A DNA stretch of 15,345 nt from Gemmatimonadota bacterium (GTDB lineage: Bacteria > Gemmatimonadota > Gemmatimonadetes > Longimicrobiales > RSA9). The stretch spans positions 13,613-28,957 of the forward strand of contig JBBDRO010000062.1 in assembly GCA_040905425.1 (NCBI GenBank), written 5' to 3'. Position numbers and translations under genes: made by a program. The notes below the pieces were generated by a model. It did not search any database. It saw only the letters and a program-made list of their open reading frames with translations, and was not told the origin of the DNA. This document shows, one piece after another, positions 15,192 through 15,345 of this stretch (the stretch's first letter is position 1; every line of letters starts with the position of its first letter).

Positions 15192-15251
15192 ACATGGGAG
15201 CGTCTTCGCGGTATAGAGTGCAGCCGTCCTGCTCTCCACGAGGTCAAACGC

Positions 15252-15345
15252 ATGCATTCGTACAGCAGTAAGCGACCTTCGCCGCGCCGTATGCCGGTGC
15301 TATTCGGCGCCTGCCTGGCGCTGGCCACCTTCGTTGGGGGGGGGG
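15252..15345 (+). CDS. 5' fragment of a probable secreted protein, truncated by the window end
   Basis: GAGG at 15240-15243 and ATG at 15252; open frame MHSYSSKRPSPRRMPVLFGACLALATFVGGG resembles a signal peptide. Confidence 0.45.
   Translation, partial: MHSYSSKRPSPRRMPVLFGACLALATFVGGG

Overview
High-GC bacterial window (about 70% GC by spot counts). The gene repertoire (6-bladed propeller lipoprotein, TolB-N/TPR membrane protein, M2 peptidase) suggests a diderm such as Gemmatimonadota; this is an inference. 138-5613 (- strand): a six-gene envelope cluster with a membrane anti-sigma-like protein ending in a CBM48/AMPK-type glycogen-binding domain, a secreted beta-barrel-like protein with a second CBM48, an ECF sigma factor, a secreted helical protein, an outer-membrane beta-barrel and a secreted Tyr/Gly-rich protein, followed by an intrinsic terminator. 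Two copies of an identically spaced ECF-type promoter motif (ATGTGACGC-N14-TCGTCC) precede the first and fourth genes, suggesting an autoregulated trans-envelope alpha-glucan-sensing system. 5668-9537: a heptad-repeat coiled-coil protein (5 x 42-nt tandem repeat), a membrane TPR protein and a doubly deleted beta-propeller pseudogene. 9538-11211: a low-GC 1.4-kb islet flanked by 148-bp direct repeats that duplicate the 3' end of the adjacent dipeptidase gene and its downstream hairpin. It carries a lipoprotein with a C-terminal glycine-zipper-like segment and a coupled 63-aa two-TM protein, a candidate toxin/immunity pair. 11127-15345: M19 dipeptidase, DUF4230-like protein, a divergent ACE-like M2 peptidase and the start of a truncated ORF.
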